Below are positions 1-9,556 of a DNA stretch of 64,000 nucleotides, in pieces. Each line of letters starts with the position of its first letter. The first letter of the stretch is position 1. Position numbers and translations under genes: made by a program. The DNA comes from Candidatus Marinacidobacterium sp. (lineage in GTDB: Bacteria > Acidobacteriota > Vicinamibacteria > Marinacidobacterales > Marinacidobacteraceae), in the NCBI GenBank assembly GCA_965204755.1, contig OZ242011.1, positions 2,432,001-2,496,000 of the forward strand, given 5' to 3'. The notes below the pieces were generated by a model. The model ran no database searches and was not told the origin of the DNA. It was given only the letters and a program-made list of their open reading frames with translations.

Positions 1-190
1 TGCGCCATGGAAATGGCGGTGTGACCGCGAACGGGAAGTGCTATCCGCCCCCGGAGGAACCCTCGGTCCGACTCACGGGGCGCCCGGAGTCCAGGCCATC
101 CCGTGCGCAAGGTTCCGGGCCGACCGGCCATACCCCATGACAGCGGTCGTCACCCCCGGCGCATAGGATGCCCCTTCTCCGGAGGCCCGC

Positions 191-2305
191 ATGATCCACC
201 GCTTCGCCCTTCGACCCGGCCTTTTCGGCGCCGCCCTCCTCGCGGCCCTCGCCGTCGTCGTCCCGCCGGCTGCCGCCCAGACCGCGTTCACCCTCCAGCA
301 GGTCCTCTCGGCGCCGTTCCCGACCGGACTCACCGCTTCGCGCGGCGGGGAGCGCGCCGCCTGGGTGTTCGACGAGGCCGGCGCCCGGAATGTCTGGGCC
401 GCCGAGGCGCCGGACTTCGCCGGCCGCCGCCTCACCGACTTCGCCGGCGACGACGGCGCGACGATCCACGGCCTGACGCTGAGCCGCGACGGCTCCAAGA
501 TCGCCTTCATCCGCGGCGACGGCCCGAACCGCGCCGGCGAACTCCCCAACCCCACCAGCGACCCCGCCGGCGTGGAACAGGCGCTGTGGGTCATCGAGGA
601 AGGCGCCGCCCCGCGCCGGCTCACCGAGCCGGCGTCCTCGCCGCTCTTCACCGCGGACGGGGCCTCCGTGCTGTTCCTGCGCCGCGGCCAGGTCTTTCGC
701 GTGGGCCTCGAGGACGGCGCCGAGCCGAGCCGGTTGATCCACGGGCGCGGCTCCTTCGGCAACCTGCGCCTGTCTCCCGACGGCGGACATCTCGCCCTCG
801 TCTCGAACCGGGGCGCGCACTCCTTCGTCGGGCTCTACGACTTCGCCGCGGAGACGCTGCGTTATCTCGATCCCTCGGTGGACCGCGACGGTTTCCCGGC
901 CTTCGCGCCCGACGGCGGCGCGCTCGCCTTCGTCCGCCGTCCGCCGGTCCTCGAGCCGTACCTGTTCGTGCCGCAGCGCGAAGGCCCGCCGTGGAGCATC
1001 CGGGTCGTCGAGTTGACCGACGACGGGGAGCCGGGCGCCGCGCGCGAGGTCTTCCGCGCCGACCCCGGCGCGGGGAGCGTCTTCTCCGGCACGGCTTCGG
1101 CCGATCAACTCCACTGGACCGACGACGGCCGTCTGCTCTTCCCGTGGGAACGCGGCGGCTACCGCCGAATCCACGCGGTATCCGCGGCGGGAGGCGGCGA
1201 GCCGGAACTGCTCACGCCCGGCGAGTTCGAAGTGGAGTACGCGGTTTCCGACGGCCGGGGCGGCCTGCTGGTCGCGACGAACCAGGACGACCTCCACCGC
1301 CGCCACCTCTGGCGGGTCGCGCCGGGCGGTCCGCCGGAGGCGCTGACCGCCGGCGCCGGGATCGAAACCCTCCCGGCAGCCGTGGACGGGGGCGTGGCGT
1401 ACCTCGGCGGCGGGGCGCGCCGTCCGCTGCAGCCCATGCTCCAACCGGACGGCGGGGAAGCGCGGCTGCTCGCCCCGGACGCTTTCCCCGACGACTTTCC
1501 GCTGGCGGCGATGGTGGAGCCGCGCCCGGTCGTCTTCCCCGCCGCGGACGGGATGTCCATACCCGGCCAATTGTTCGAACCGCCCCGCCCCGAAGACGCC
1601 GAACCCGGCCCGGGCGTCCTGTTCCTCCACGGAGGCTCCCGCCGGCAGATGCTGCTCGGCTGGCACTACATGGCCTACTACGCCAACTGCTACGCCTTCC
1701 ACCAATACCTGGCGAGCCGCGGCTACACCGTCCTGTCGGTGAACTACCGCAGCGGCACCGGCTACGGGATGGGATTCCGCGAAGCGCTGAACTACGGAGC
1801 GAGCGGCGCTTCCGAATTCGGCGATGTGCTCGGCGCCGGACGCTTCCTCGCCGACCTTCCCGGCGTGGACCAAGACCGCGTCGGGCTGTGGGGCGGCTCC
1901 TACGGCGGTTACCTCACCGCGCTCGGCCTTTCGCGGGCGTCCGACCTGTTCGCCGCCGGCGTGGACATCCACGGCGTCCACGACTGGAACCGCACGATCC
2001 AGGGCTTCATCCCGAGTTACGAACCCCGCCACCATCCGGAACAGCGGCGCCTCGCCTTCGAGTCCTCACCGCTGTCCACGGTGGACGGGTGGAAGTCGCC
2101 CGTCCTCCTCGTCCACGGCGACGACGACCGCAATGTCCCCTTCGACGAGACCGTCGAGTTGGTGGAACGCCTGCGCGACTTGGGCGTCGAACACGAGTTG
2201 CTCATCCTCCCGGACGAGGTGCACGGCTTCCTGCGCCAGGAGAGTTGGCTCCGCGTCTTCCGCGAGAGCGCCGACTTCCTGGACCGCCACCTGGCCGGCC
2301 GATGA
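191..2305 (+). CDS. S9 family (dipeptidyl aminopeptidase-like) serine peptidase, secreted
   Basis: Signal peptide, PD40/propeller-like repeats, nucleophile motif GLWGGSYGG, HGDDDRNV (Asp) and DEVHGF (His). Confidence 0.9.
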   Translation: MIHRFALRPGLFGAALLAALAVVVPPAAAQTAFTLQQVLSAPFPTGLTASRGGERAAWVFDEAGARNVWAAEAPDFAGRRLTDFAGDDGATIHGLTLSRDGSKIAFIRGDGPNRAGELPNPTSDPAGVEQALWVIEEGAAPRRLTEPASSPLFTADGASVLFLRRGQVFRVGLEDGAEPSRLIHGRGSFGNLRLSPDGGHLALVSNRGAHSFVGLYDFAAETLRYLDPSVDRDGFPAFAPDGGALAFVRRPPVLEPYLFVPQREGPPWSIRVVELTDDGEPGAAREVFRADPGAGSVFSGTASADQLHWTDDGRLLFPWERGGYRRIHAVSAAGGGEPELLTPGEFEVEYAVSDGRGGLLVATNQDDLHRRHLWRVAPGGPPEALTAGAGIETLPAAVDGGVAYLGGGARRPLQPMLQPDGGEARLLAPDAFPDDFPLAAMVEPRPVVFPAADGMSIPGQLFEPPRPEDAEPGPGVLFLHGGSRRQMLLGWHYMAYYANCYAFHQYLASRGYTVLSVNYRSGTGYGMGFREALNYGASGASEFGDVLGAGRFLADLPGVDQDRVGLWGGSYGGYLTALGLSRASDLFAAGVDIHGVHDWNRTIQGFIPSYEPRHHPEQRRLAFESSPLSTVDGWKSPVLLVHGDDDRNVPFDETVELVERLRDLGVEHELLILPDEVHGFLRQESWLRVFRESADFLDRHLAGR

Positions 2306-2384
2306 GAGCCGGTTCGCTTTCCCGCAGGAAAGACTTGCCGCCGGCGCAGTCTCGTGTCGGGCGCCGTCTCAAGGGGGACGCCAA

Positions 2385-2705
2385 ATGAACGAAACCCATG
2401 CCCGAGCCGTCGTAGCCGGCAAGAAGGCCGGCGAGGACTTCTCCGCGGCGGCGTGGATGGTCGGCGGCGTCTTCCTCGGTCTGATCATGCCGCTCATCTC
2501 CCATGCCATGAGAAAGCCGGAGCCGCCGGCGACGCTCCTGGTCTCGATGTCCGGGGACGACCGCCTGCTCTTCGCCGACGCCTACGGCGATGCGGCCAAG
2601 TCCAAGCGCAACCGATTCTCGTGGATCGGGACGGGTATCTCCTTCGTGCTGTTCTTCACGCTCTCGAACTGCGGCGCCTGCCTCGCCGCGATGGGTACCG
2701 TCTGA
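2385..2705 (+). CDS. Small hypothetical membrane protein (106 aa)
   Basis: ATG at 2385 after AAGGGGG; two hydrophobic segments; fills the gap between the peptidase and the convergent SNF2 gene. Confidence 0.55.
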   Translation: MNETHARAVVAGKKAGEDFSAAAWMVGGVFLGLIMPLISHAMRKPEPPATLLVSMSGDDRLLFADAYGDAAKSKRNRFSWIGTGISFVLFFTLSNCGACLAAMGTV

Positions 2706-2739
2706 GGTAGAGGGGATCCGCCGCTCACGGAGGTGGTCG

Positions 2740-4398
2740 TCAGCCACCACCCAAGCGGTGTTCTCGTAGGCGCTCCACACCCAGTTCGTCGAGGAGGCGC
2801 CGCGTGAGCGCCTGCTCCCGGTCGTCCGCGAGCCGGTCCACCATGTCGTCGAAGAGTTCCCGCTTTCCTTCCAGGATGCGTTCCAAGCCCTCCTCGACTG
2901 TATCCCGGCAGACGAAGCGGTATTCGCGCACCGACCGAGTTTGGCCGATCCGGTGGACCCGGTCGCGCGCCTGGTTGTTCGTGGACGGGTTCCACCACTG
3001 GTTGAACAGGAATACATGGTTCGCCTCGGTGAGCGTCAAGCCTTCGCCGCCGATGCGTGTCGAGGCGAGCAGCGCGGTCGTCCGTTCGTCCGCGCGAAAC
3101 CGTTGGAGGGCGCGCTCGCGTTCGTCGGCGTCCATTTCACCGACGAACAACAAACCGGCGCTCTCGCCCCAGCGTTCCGTCATCCGCCGGCGGAGTTCGT
3201 GGAGAGGTTTCAGCCGGTGGGAAAAGACGACGGCTTTCTCTCCTTCGTCGCGGATGCCGGCGAGCCGCCCCAGGATTCGATCTCCCTTGCTGCTCTCGTT
3301 GGTGTCCGGATCGAGATCGCAGACCGTGAGGAGCCGCGTGAGCAGCGCCAGTTCTTCACCGGGCGAGCGGTGCTCCCGCAGCGCGCTCCGGTAGGCGCGT
3401 TCCTGTCCGGCGGAGAGTTCCAGGTGTTCCGTCGTCTCGCGACGAGGGGGGAGTTGATCCAGGACTTCCCGTTTCCGCCGTCGCAACATGAACTCCCGCG
3501 CCCGGCTGCGGAGCGAGGCCGGGAGTCGCGCGTCCGATGGCGAGAACCGGGTTGGCTGGACGAGTGCGAGCAGCGTCGCCAAGTCGTCCGGAGCCCGCTC
3601 CAGCGGCGTGCCGCTGATCGCCCAGAACCGCTTGGGCCGCAACCGCGCCAGGCCGCCGGTGACCTTCACGCCCTGCTTGCGCAGTCGGTGCGCTTCGTCG
3701 GCGACGATCACTTCCGGTGGGTTGCCGACCAGCGCTTCCGGCGTCGTCCGCAGGTGTTCGTAGTTGGTCAAGAGCACATGCCGCCGTCCGGCGACCGCCC
3801 GCCACGCATCCTCCCGAATGGATCGGGGCGGGTTCAGGACGGCGACGCCGAGTTCCGGCGCCCACTTTTCGAATTCGTTCTCCCAGGTCGGGATGAGGCC
3901 CTTCGGGCAGACGACGACGACCGTGCGGATCGTCCCCCCATTGAACAGCAGACGGAGAGCGGTGATGACTTGGACGGTCTTCCCCAGCCCCATGTCATCG
4001 GCGAGGATGGCGCCGGTTCGCTCGACGAGCCATTCCACCCCGTCGCGCTGAAAGGGATAGAGACTCTCCATCTCCGGGGGATCGCAGAGCACCGGCAGTA
4101 CCAACTCCCCTACTCCGAGCCGGAGTCGGCGGTATTCCGCCAACTTCGGCCGCATCGCGCGTCCGGAACGGATCGCCCGGTCGGCGGAGACGACGACGCG
4201 CACCTGTTCGCCGTTCTCGACGAGCCGGCGTTGTTGCGCGTCGAGCGAAAGAGCCCACTCGGACGCCACCCTCAACCGCTCGGCGACCGTGGAGGCGTCG
4301 TGGATCGGTGGCGCGGAGGACAGGAACCGGAAGACGACCCCGCCGGAAACCGCATCCACCGGTTGGGATCGAGGCCGGTCGGCGCTCCGCGCCGGCAT
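2740..4398 (-). CDS. SNF2-family DEAH helicase/translocase
   Basis: LYPFQRDGVEWL, LADDMGLGKTVQ, DEAH, SGTPLE, GGEGLTLTEAN, WWNPS..QARDRVHRIGQ. Confidence 0.92.
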   Translation of the reverse strand: MPARSADRPRSQPVDAVSGGVVFRFLSSAPPIHDASTVAERLRVASEWALSLDAQQRRLVENGEQVRVVVSADRAIRSGRAMRPKLAEYRRLRLGVGELVLPVLCDPPEMESLYPFQRDGVEWLVERTGAILADDMGLGKTVQVITALRLLFNGGTIRTVVVVCPKGLIPTWENEFEKWAPELGVAVLNPPRSIREDAWRAVAGRRHVLLTNYEHLRTTPEALVGNPPEVIVADEAHRLRKQGVKVTGGLARLRPKRFWAISGTPLERAPDDLATLLALVQPTRFSPSDARLPASLRSRAREFMLRRRKREVLDQLPPRRETTEHLELSAGQERAYRSALREHRSPGEELALLTRLLTVCDLDPDTNESSKGDRILGRLAGIRDEGEKAVVFSHRLKPLHELRRRMTERWGESAGLLFVGEMDADERERALQRFRADERTTALLASTRIGGEGLTLTEANHVFLFNQWWNPSTNNQARDRVHRIGQTRSVREYRFVCRDTVEEGLERILEGKRELFDDMVDRLADDREQALTRRLLDELGVERLREHRLGGG

Positions 4399-4407
4399 CG
4401 GTGATCC

Positions 4408-5766
4408 CTACGATCCGGCGCCGACGGCCGCGGAGCGGGCGGCAGTGACCCGCTCCCACATGCGCTTGATCTCGTCGTTCGTGGCCGGCGGATAGAGGAA
4501 ACTCGACCAGCGATCGCGGAGATCCTTCTCTTCTTGCTCGGTCAACGGATCGAGGCCCGACATCCAGCGGAACAATTCCTCGGCCCCGTCCACGGCCTTC
4601 GTGCGATCCTCGCTGCGCATTCGCAGTTTCCCGGTCTTCGGGTCCTCGACGAGGAAATAGTTCCGCCACGGCGGGCCGTGGAGGTCCCAGGGCATGGAGG
4701 CCAAGGGACGGAGCGCCTGCACCATCGCCTGGTCGTCGCCGACCGGGTCCAGGTCACACCGATCCAGGAGCGATCGCGCCACTCGCGCCAACACTTCCTG
4801 CCCCACCGGCCAGAACGCGAGGTGGTCCGCGTACTTCTCGGGCTCCGCCTTCGGAATCTCGTGGGCGCGCATCAGTTCCGGTTCGCTGCGAAGCACCGGA
4901 AGGGCCTCGATGAGCGCCGACCAGATCCGGGAGATCTGGTCGTTGTAGGCGGCGATCTCGGTGTCTTCCGGTCGGAATTGCAAGAAGACCTTCAGATCCC
5001 TCGGCCTCCCGAGTTTCTGCCGCCGCGTGACGCCCATGAGCAGGACGCGGTTCATGTAGTAGAGCGTCTGGAGACTCGTGAAGTACTGCTGGCCCGAGCG
5101 CAGGTTCTTTCCGCTCGTCAGCACGCGAAAGGACTCCTTGTGCGGCAGGGGCACGCGGAAGAACTCGTGGTCGGAGATCAGCGCACGGGTCGCGATCGCG
5201 AACACATCGTCTTCGTCCATGATGATGTTCGTGTCGGGGTCCGTCGGCTTCGCGTAGCGGTTCAGGCTGGAGAACAGCCGCCGATACCGTTGAATCCAGA
5301 GCGACTTGTCCCGTTCCTCGGACGGGTCGGGCCGAGGCACGACGATCACCGAGATCTGCTCGTTGGCGAAGTCGGGCGGGGCGCCGGCCGGATCTTCGAG
5401 GAGTTCCTGGATGGAAGTCAGCCGGTGCTGGCCGTCGAGAGCGTAGTAGCGGGGATCCTTCTGGAAGGTCAGTTCGCCGAAGGTCTCGGCGAACCGGGAC
5501 TCCACCGGCGTCCAGGTCGGGTTCCCCCCGATCGCGGCGACGACCAGCGAGGAGTAGAAGCGGTCGGGCCGGCGGGAAAGGAACTTGACGAGTTCGTTCT
5601 TGACCCGCGACTCCTTCACCGCGCGCTGGATCGCGTCGCTCAGCGTCTCGTCGGTCCACAACTCGCTCGCGAGGTCCACTTCGCGAGCGACCTCCCGCAT
5701 GGTCATGCGGGCGATGTAGTAAGTCCAGTCGCCCATCCGGGCGCGCATGGCGGGATAGACCTGCAT
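4408..5766 (-). CDS. DndB-like DGQHR-domain protein (452 aa)
   Basis: Start MQVYPAMRARMGDWTYY with AGGAGG upstream; IQR, RFYSSLVVA, YALDGQHRL, RRLFSSLNRYAKP. Confidence 0.85.
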   Translation of the reverse strand: MQVYPAMRARMGDWTYYIARMTMREVAREVDLASELWTDETLSDAIQRAVKESRVKNELVKFLSRRPDRFYSSLVVAAIGGNPTWTPVESRFAETFGELTFQKDPRYYALDGQHRLTSIQELLEDPAGAPPDFANEQISVIVVPRPDPSEERDKSLWIQRYRRLFSSLNRYAKPTDPDTNIIMDEDDVFAIATRALISDHEFFRVPLPHKESFRVLTSGKNLRSGQQYFTSLQTLYYMNRVLLMGVTRRQKLGRPRDLKVFLQFRPEDTEIAAYNDQISRIWSALIEALPVLRSEPELMRAHEIPKAEPEKYADHLAFWPVGQEVLARVARSLLDRCDLDPVGDDQAMVQALRPLASMPWDLHGPPWRNYFLVEDPKTGKLRMRSEDRTKAVDGAEELFRWMSGLDPLTEQEEKDLRDRWSSFLYPPATNDEIKRMWERVTAARSAAVGAGS

Positions 5767-5789
5767 CGGTGTGTCCTCCTGGCTGCGGC

Positions 5790-7637
5790 TCAGCAGCCGC
5801 GGTGTTCTTTCTTGATTCGATCGAGCGCTTGACGCAGCCGCCGGATGTCGCGGGCGGCCTCCTTGCGGGCCTTCCTGTTGACGGCATCGGTCAGGGGCTT
5901 TCCGCCCTCGGGGAACTCTTCCTTGAGTCCCGGGCGAATCTGCTTCTTGTACCCCCGAAGGACGGTGTTCTCCAGAGTCTCCAGCAGCGTCTCCCGCCAG
6001 CCCTCCCAGTCCGTCGTCCAAGTCTTCGGCCACGGGCCGCCGTAGGCTGCGACCAGCAACTCCAGGTAGGCGCCCAGAGCGTCCGGGACCTGCGAGAAAC
6101 GGTAGTTGACGATGGTGTCGTTGTGATCTTCCGCGATGTGCAGCAGTTCGCGTCGTCCCTGTTTGAGCCAACCCGCGTCGAACAGTCCATTCAGGCCGAT
6201 GGCGAACCGCTTCCCGTACTTCGACCAGTCGGGGTTGTCGAACCGTTCCCGGAGCGCGCCGAAGGCGGCCATGACGCCTCTCATGCCGATATCGAGGCCG
6301 ATCGGTCCGGTGAGATGTTCCTTCTTGAGTTCCTCGATTCGGCCCCGGATGGTGTGGAGTTCCTTCCCTACGGCCTCCTTGATGGGATCATCCGCTCGGT
6401 TGCTGCCGAATCGCAGTTCTTCGAAGGCATGGCTCGCCAGGTCGGACTTCGCGTCGTCGCGGTAGTCCCGCTCGAGTTCGCGGAGTCCCTTCACATAGGA
6501 GGCGAAGGGACGGAAGGTCTGCAGGATGTGCTCGATAGCCGGAAGGATCCGCTTTCGAAAACGCTCCCGCAGCCGTTCACTGTCCGCGTGATTCAGCTTC
6601 TGGACGCCCGTGTTCCGGACGCTCGTGAAGGCGCGGTGGAGTGGATCCGGGGGCACGATTCCGAGGGCCGTTCGCGCCTGCTGGGAGAACTCGTCGACTT
6701 CGCCGTCGTTCTTGAACTCGCATCCGAGGATGTAGTAGCGCAGCCAGTCGCGAAGTTCCTCGACACTCTTGACGGCGGCCGGAGCGGCAACGCGTCGCCC
6801 CAAGCGCTCCTTCCCGGTCCAGTCGTAGAACAGCAGGGGTACGCGGTCGGGGTCTCGCCCCGCCAGCGGGCGGAGGTCGTTCTGGTGCGACCGTTCCAAG
6901 ATCTCCTGCGTGCAGATCGCAGATGGACTCTCGTCGGAGAGGAGGATCTGGCGGGCGACGCTGACGACCTGCGCCGTGGTGTTGATGTACACGAAGATCT
7001 TCCGCACGACATCGACGAGCCGAGGAAGGTTCTTCGCGCTGCCTTGAGAGCGGAAGGTGACGATGACCGCCGGAATACGCCACTGGCGCAATTGCCTGTA
7101 CCCAGACCTCCACATCCTCTTGAGGGCCGACAGTCGGTGTTGGCCGTCGACCGCGACCAGCCGGGTACGGGCGTCGCTCCACTCCAGGACTCCGTACTCG
7201 AAATGGCCCTCCATCCAGCGGACTCGGTAGTGGTCACCGTGGGTCAGGCAGTGCCACGGGGCCTCGCCTTCTCCGGAGATCCGCTGTTTCCGTTTGGTCA
7301 GCCGAGGCATCGCGGCGACGATGGAGCCGGCGCCCGTGGAAACGGGAAGGAGCGTCAGGGTGAGCGGATTGAAGAAGCGGACCTTGTCTTCGGATTCCAA
7401 GTACGGAATGAGGTTGTGCGTGACTCGTTCGAGGTCCACATCCCGCTGGAAGAGGTCCCGGACCGGCCACTGTTCCGATCCCTCGATGTCACTGACGAGC
7501 GAGATGTGATCGAGTTGGGCGGGATCGAGAGCGGTCTGGAGGTAGAGGGCGCTCACGCCGGAGCCGGCGCCGAATTCGCCGTACGCGCCGGCGAGTCGTT
7601 GGTTGAAGAGATGGTCCTTGACGGGAGGGGGAGGCAT
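5790..7637 (-). CDS. DndB-like DGQHR-domain protein (615 aa)
   Basis: LFQRDVDLERV, RFFNPLT, VAVDGQHRLSAL, RKIFVYINTTA. Confidence 0.85.
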   Translation of the reverse strand: MPPPPVKDHLFNQRLAGAYGEFGAGSGVSALYLQTALDPAQLDHISLVSDIEGSEQWPVRDLFQRDVDLERVTHNLIPYLESEDKVRFFNPLTLTLLPVSTGAGSIVAAMPRLTKRKQRISGEGEAPWHCLTHGDHYRVRWMEGHFEYGVLEWSDARTRLVAVDGQHRLSALKRMWRSGYRQLRQWRIPAVIVTFRSQGSAKNLPRLVDVVRKIFVYINTTAQVVSVARQILLSDESPSAICTQEILERSHQNDLRPLAGRDPDRVPLLFYDWTGKERLGRRVAAPAAVKSVEELRDWLRYYILGCEFKNDGEVDEFSQQARTALGIVPPDPLHRAFTSVRNTGVQKLNHADSERLRERFRKRILPAIEHILQTFRPFASYVKGLRELERDYRDDAKSDLASHAFEELRFGSNRADDPIKEAVGKELHTIRGRIEELKKEHLTGPIGLDIGMRGVMAAFGALRERFDNPDWSKYGKRFAIGLNGLFDAGWLKQGRRELLHIAEDHNDTIVNYRFSQVPDALGAYLELLVAAYGGPWPKTWTTDWEGWRETLLETLENTVLRGYKKQIRPGLKEEFPEGGKPLTDAVNRKARKEAARDIRRLRQALDRIKKEHRGC

Positions 7638-7649
7638 GAGCGGTTGGTG

Positions 7650-8282
7650 TCAGTGGATGCTGAAGGGTGGCCGGCAGGCGTTCATGAGGATGTGCTCGAT
7701 GAGGCCGGTCAGTGCTTCGTCGTCGATGCGACCGAGGTCTTGGCGGACGGACTTCTCGGTCCGGAGACAGGCGAAGAGGAGGTCGGACACGGGAAGGGAG
7801 ATTCCGAGTTCCTCCGTGTGACGGGTGAAGCGGCGGTGGAAGTTGCCGTTGGAGTTCCTGACATGCTCCGAGTATCGGCGCTTCAGGCAGTTCGTTCGGC
7901 CCACATACAGCGGGGGCATGAGCAAACTGGCTTCGAGAAGCAGGCGCTGCAGTGCGGTTCTCGTCTTCGACACCGACACGAGGCGCTTCCAAGTCTCCTC
8001 CGCGTCGCTACTCGTGTGGACGCGTTCGGTCCGACTGACGAGGAGATCGACGGACTGCCAGGTGAACTTCGCCGGAACCCGCCGCTCCGTCGGGTCGTCG
8101 TAACTGCGCAGATCGCGAACGATCTGCATCAACTTGGGGAGATCCCGGTCGTAGATCCAGAGCGGGACGAACCAGGCGTAGCAGCCAGGTTCTTCCGGGA
8201 TCTTGTGGGAGGTCTCGCTCGTGTAGAACGCGAGGCGGCCGTCGGCGCTCCGGAGGTCGCGGAAAACGCTGAGGTCGGTCAC
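7650..8282 (-). CDS. GIY-YIG-like nuclease (210 aa)
   Basis: PGCYAWF...LYVGRTNCLKRRYSEH...IEHIL..PPF; GTG start overlaps the cysteine desulfurase stop (GTGA). Confidence 0.7.
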   Translation of the reverse strand: MTDLSVFRDLRSADGRLAFYTSETSHKIPEEPGCYAWFVPLWIYDRDLPKLMQIVRDLRSYDDPTERRVPAKFTWQSVDLLVSRTERVHTSSDAEETWKRLVSVSKTRTALQRLLLEASLLMPPLYVGRTNCLKRRYSEHVRNSNGNFHRRFTRHTEELGISLPVSDLLFACLRTEKSVRQDLGRIDDEALTGLIEHILMNACRPPFSIH

Positions 8283-9556
8283 GACGAAGATCGGTTCGCG
8301 GCGCGCCGCCGTGCGGATTCGAGTCGCGTGGCCAGATGGACCGGCGCGGACTCCTCGGTCATCGGGCCGAGGGCGAGGCGGAGGGTGGAGTAGGCGTCGG
8401 TCGGGGTGAGGCCGAGGGCGCGGAGGACCTGGGAGGGTTCCGGGGCGCCGGAGTGGCAGGCGGAGGCGGCGGAGAGGTCGAAGGCGGGGAGGTTGGCGAT
8501 GAGGGCGTCGGCGTCCGCGCCGGGGAAGGTGATCGATGTCGTGTGCGGGAGGCGGTGGGCGAGGGCGCCGTTGATGCGGGCTTCGGGGACGCGCGCGGTG
8601 ATTTCGCGTTCGAGGCGGTCGCGGAGGGCGGCGAGGCGGGGGGCCACTTGCGGGAGGCGGGCGACGGCGTTCGTGGCGGCTTCGGCGAAGGCGGCGATGG
8701 CCGGGGTGTTGGAGGTGCCCGGGCGGAGGCCGCGTTCGTGGCCGCCGCCGAACTGGATCGGGGCGACGGGGGCCCGGCGGGGGCCGCCTCGGACGAAGAG
8801 GGCGCCGACGCCCTTGGGGCCGTAGCACTTGTGGCCGCTCAGCGAAGCGAAGTCGAGGTCGAGGGATTCGACATCGAAGGGGATCTTCCCGAGGGCCTGC
8901 GCGGCGTCGGAATGGACCGGGACGCCGTGTTCCCGCGCGAGCGCGGCCGCCTCGGCGACCGGTTGGATCGTGCCGATCTCGTTGTTCGCGGTCTGGATGC
9001 TGAGGAGGAGCGCCGGTTCGTCTTCGGGCGGGGCGAGCAGGGCTGCCAGGGAGTCGAGGTCCACGCGGCCGTCCCGGCCGACGGGGGCGGTCAGCAACTC
9101 GAAGCCGTCCGCCGCCAGGTATCGCGCCGGGGCGAGGACCGACGGGTGTTCGATGGGCAGGGTGACGATGCGGCGGCGGGCGTCGCCTCGTTCGCGCGCG
9201 GCGCGGGCGGCGCCGAGGAGCGCCAGGTTGTTGCTCTCCGTCGCGCCGCCGGTGAAGACGATCTCTTCCGGAAGCGCGCCGACCGCTTCCGCCAGTCGTT
9301 CGCGGGCGTTTTCGACGATCTCGGCGGCGCGCTTTCCGGCGCGGTGGGCGCTCGAAGGGTTCGCGTAGGTCTCCTCGGCGACTCGCTGCATCAGCGCGAG
9401 GGCCGCCGGGTCCATCGGCGTGGACGCCTGGTGGTCGAGGTAGGTGCGGGTCGGTACGGCGGTCACGGCGCGCGCCGGCGGCCCGGCCGACGGCGATACG
9501 ACCGGAGCGGCCGGCGCGGCCATCCCCGAGGGAAGGGCCGGCGCGGGGGCGCTCAC
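8279..9556 (-). CDS. sspA: Cysteine desulfurase (IscS/DndA/SspA-like); start uncertain
   Basis: YLDHQASTP, FTGGATESNN, NNEIGTIQP, HSDAAQ, SGHKCYGPKG (PLP Lys), SAASAC (catalytic Cys); symbol assigned from operon context. Confidence 0.9.
   Translation of the reverse strand: MSAPAPALPSGMAAPAAPVVSPSAGPPARAVTAVPTRTYLDHQASTPMDPAALALMQRVAEETYANPSSAHRAGKRAAEIVENARERLAEAVGALPEEIVFTGGATESNNLALLGAARAARERGDARRRIVTLPIEHPSVLAPARYLAADGFELLTAPVGRDGRVDLDSLAALLAPPEDEPALLLSIQTANNEIGTIQPVAEAAALAREHGVPVHSDAAQALGKIPFDVESLDLDFASLSGHKCYGPKGVGALFVRGGPRRAPVAPIQFGGGHERGLRPGTSNTPAIAAFAEAATNAVARLPQVAPRLAALRDRLEREITARVPEARINGALAHRLPHTTSITFPGADADALIANLPAFDLSAASACHSGAPEPSQVLRALGLTPTDAYSTLRLALGPMTEESAPVHLATRLESARRRAANRSSS

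Noticed and set aside
4408-7637. Calling either DGQHR protein SspE
   Set aside because: The motif context is DndB-like and no DUF1524 HNH-like EHxxP C-domain is visible
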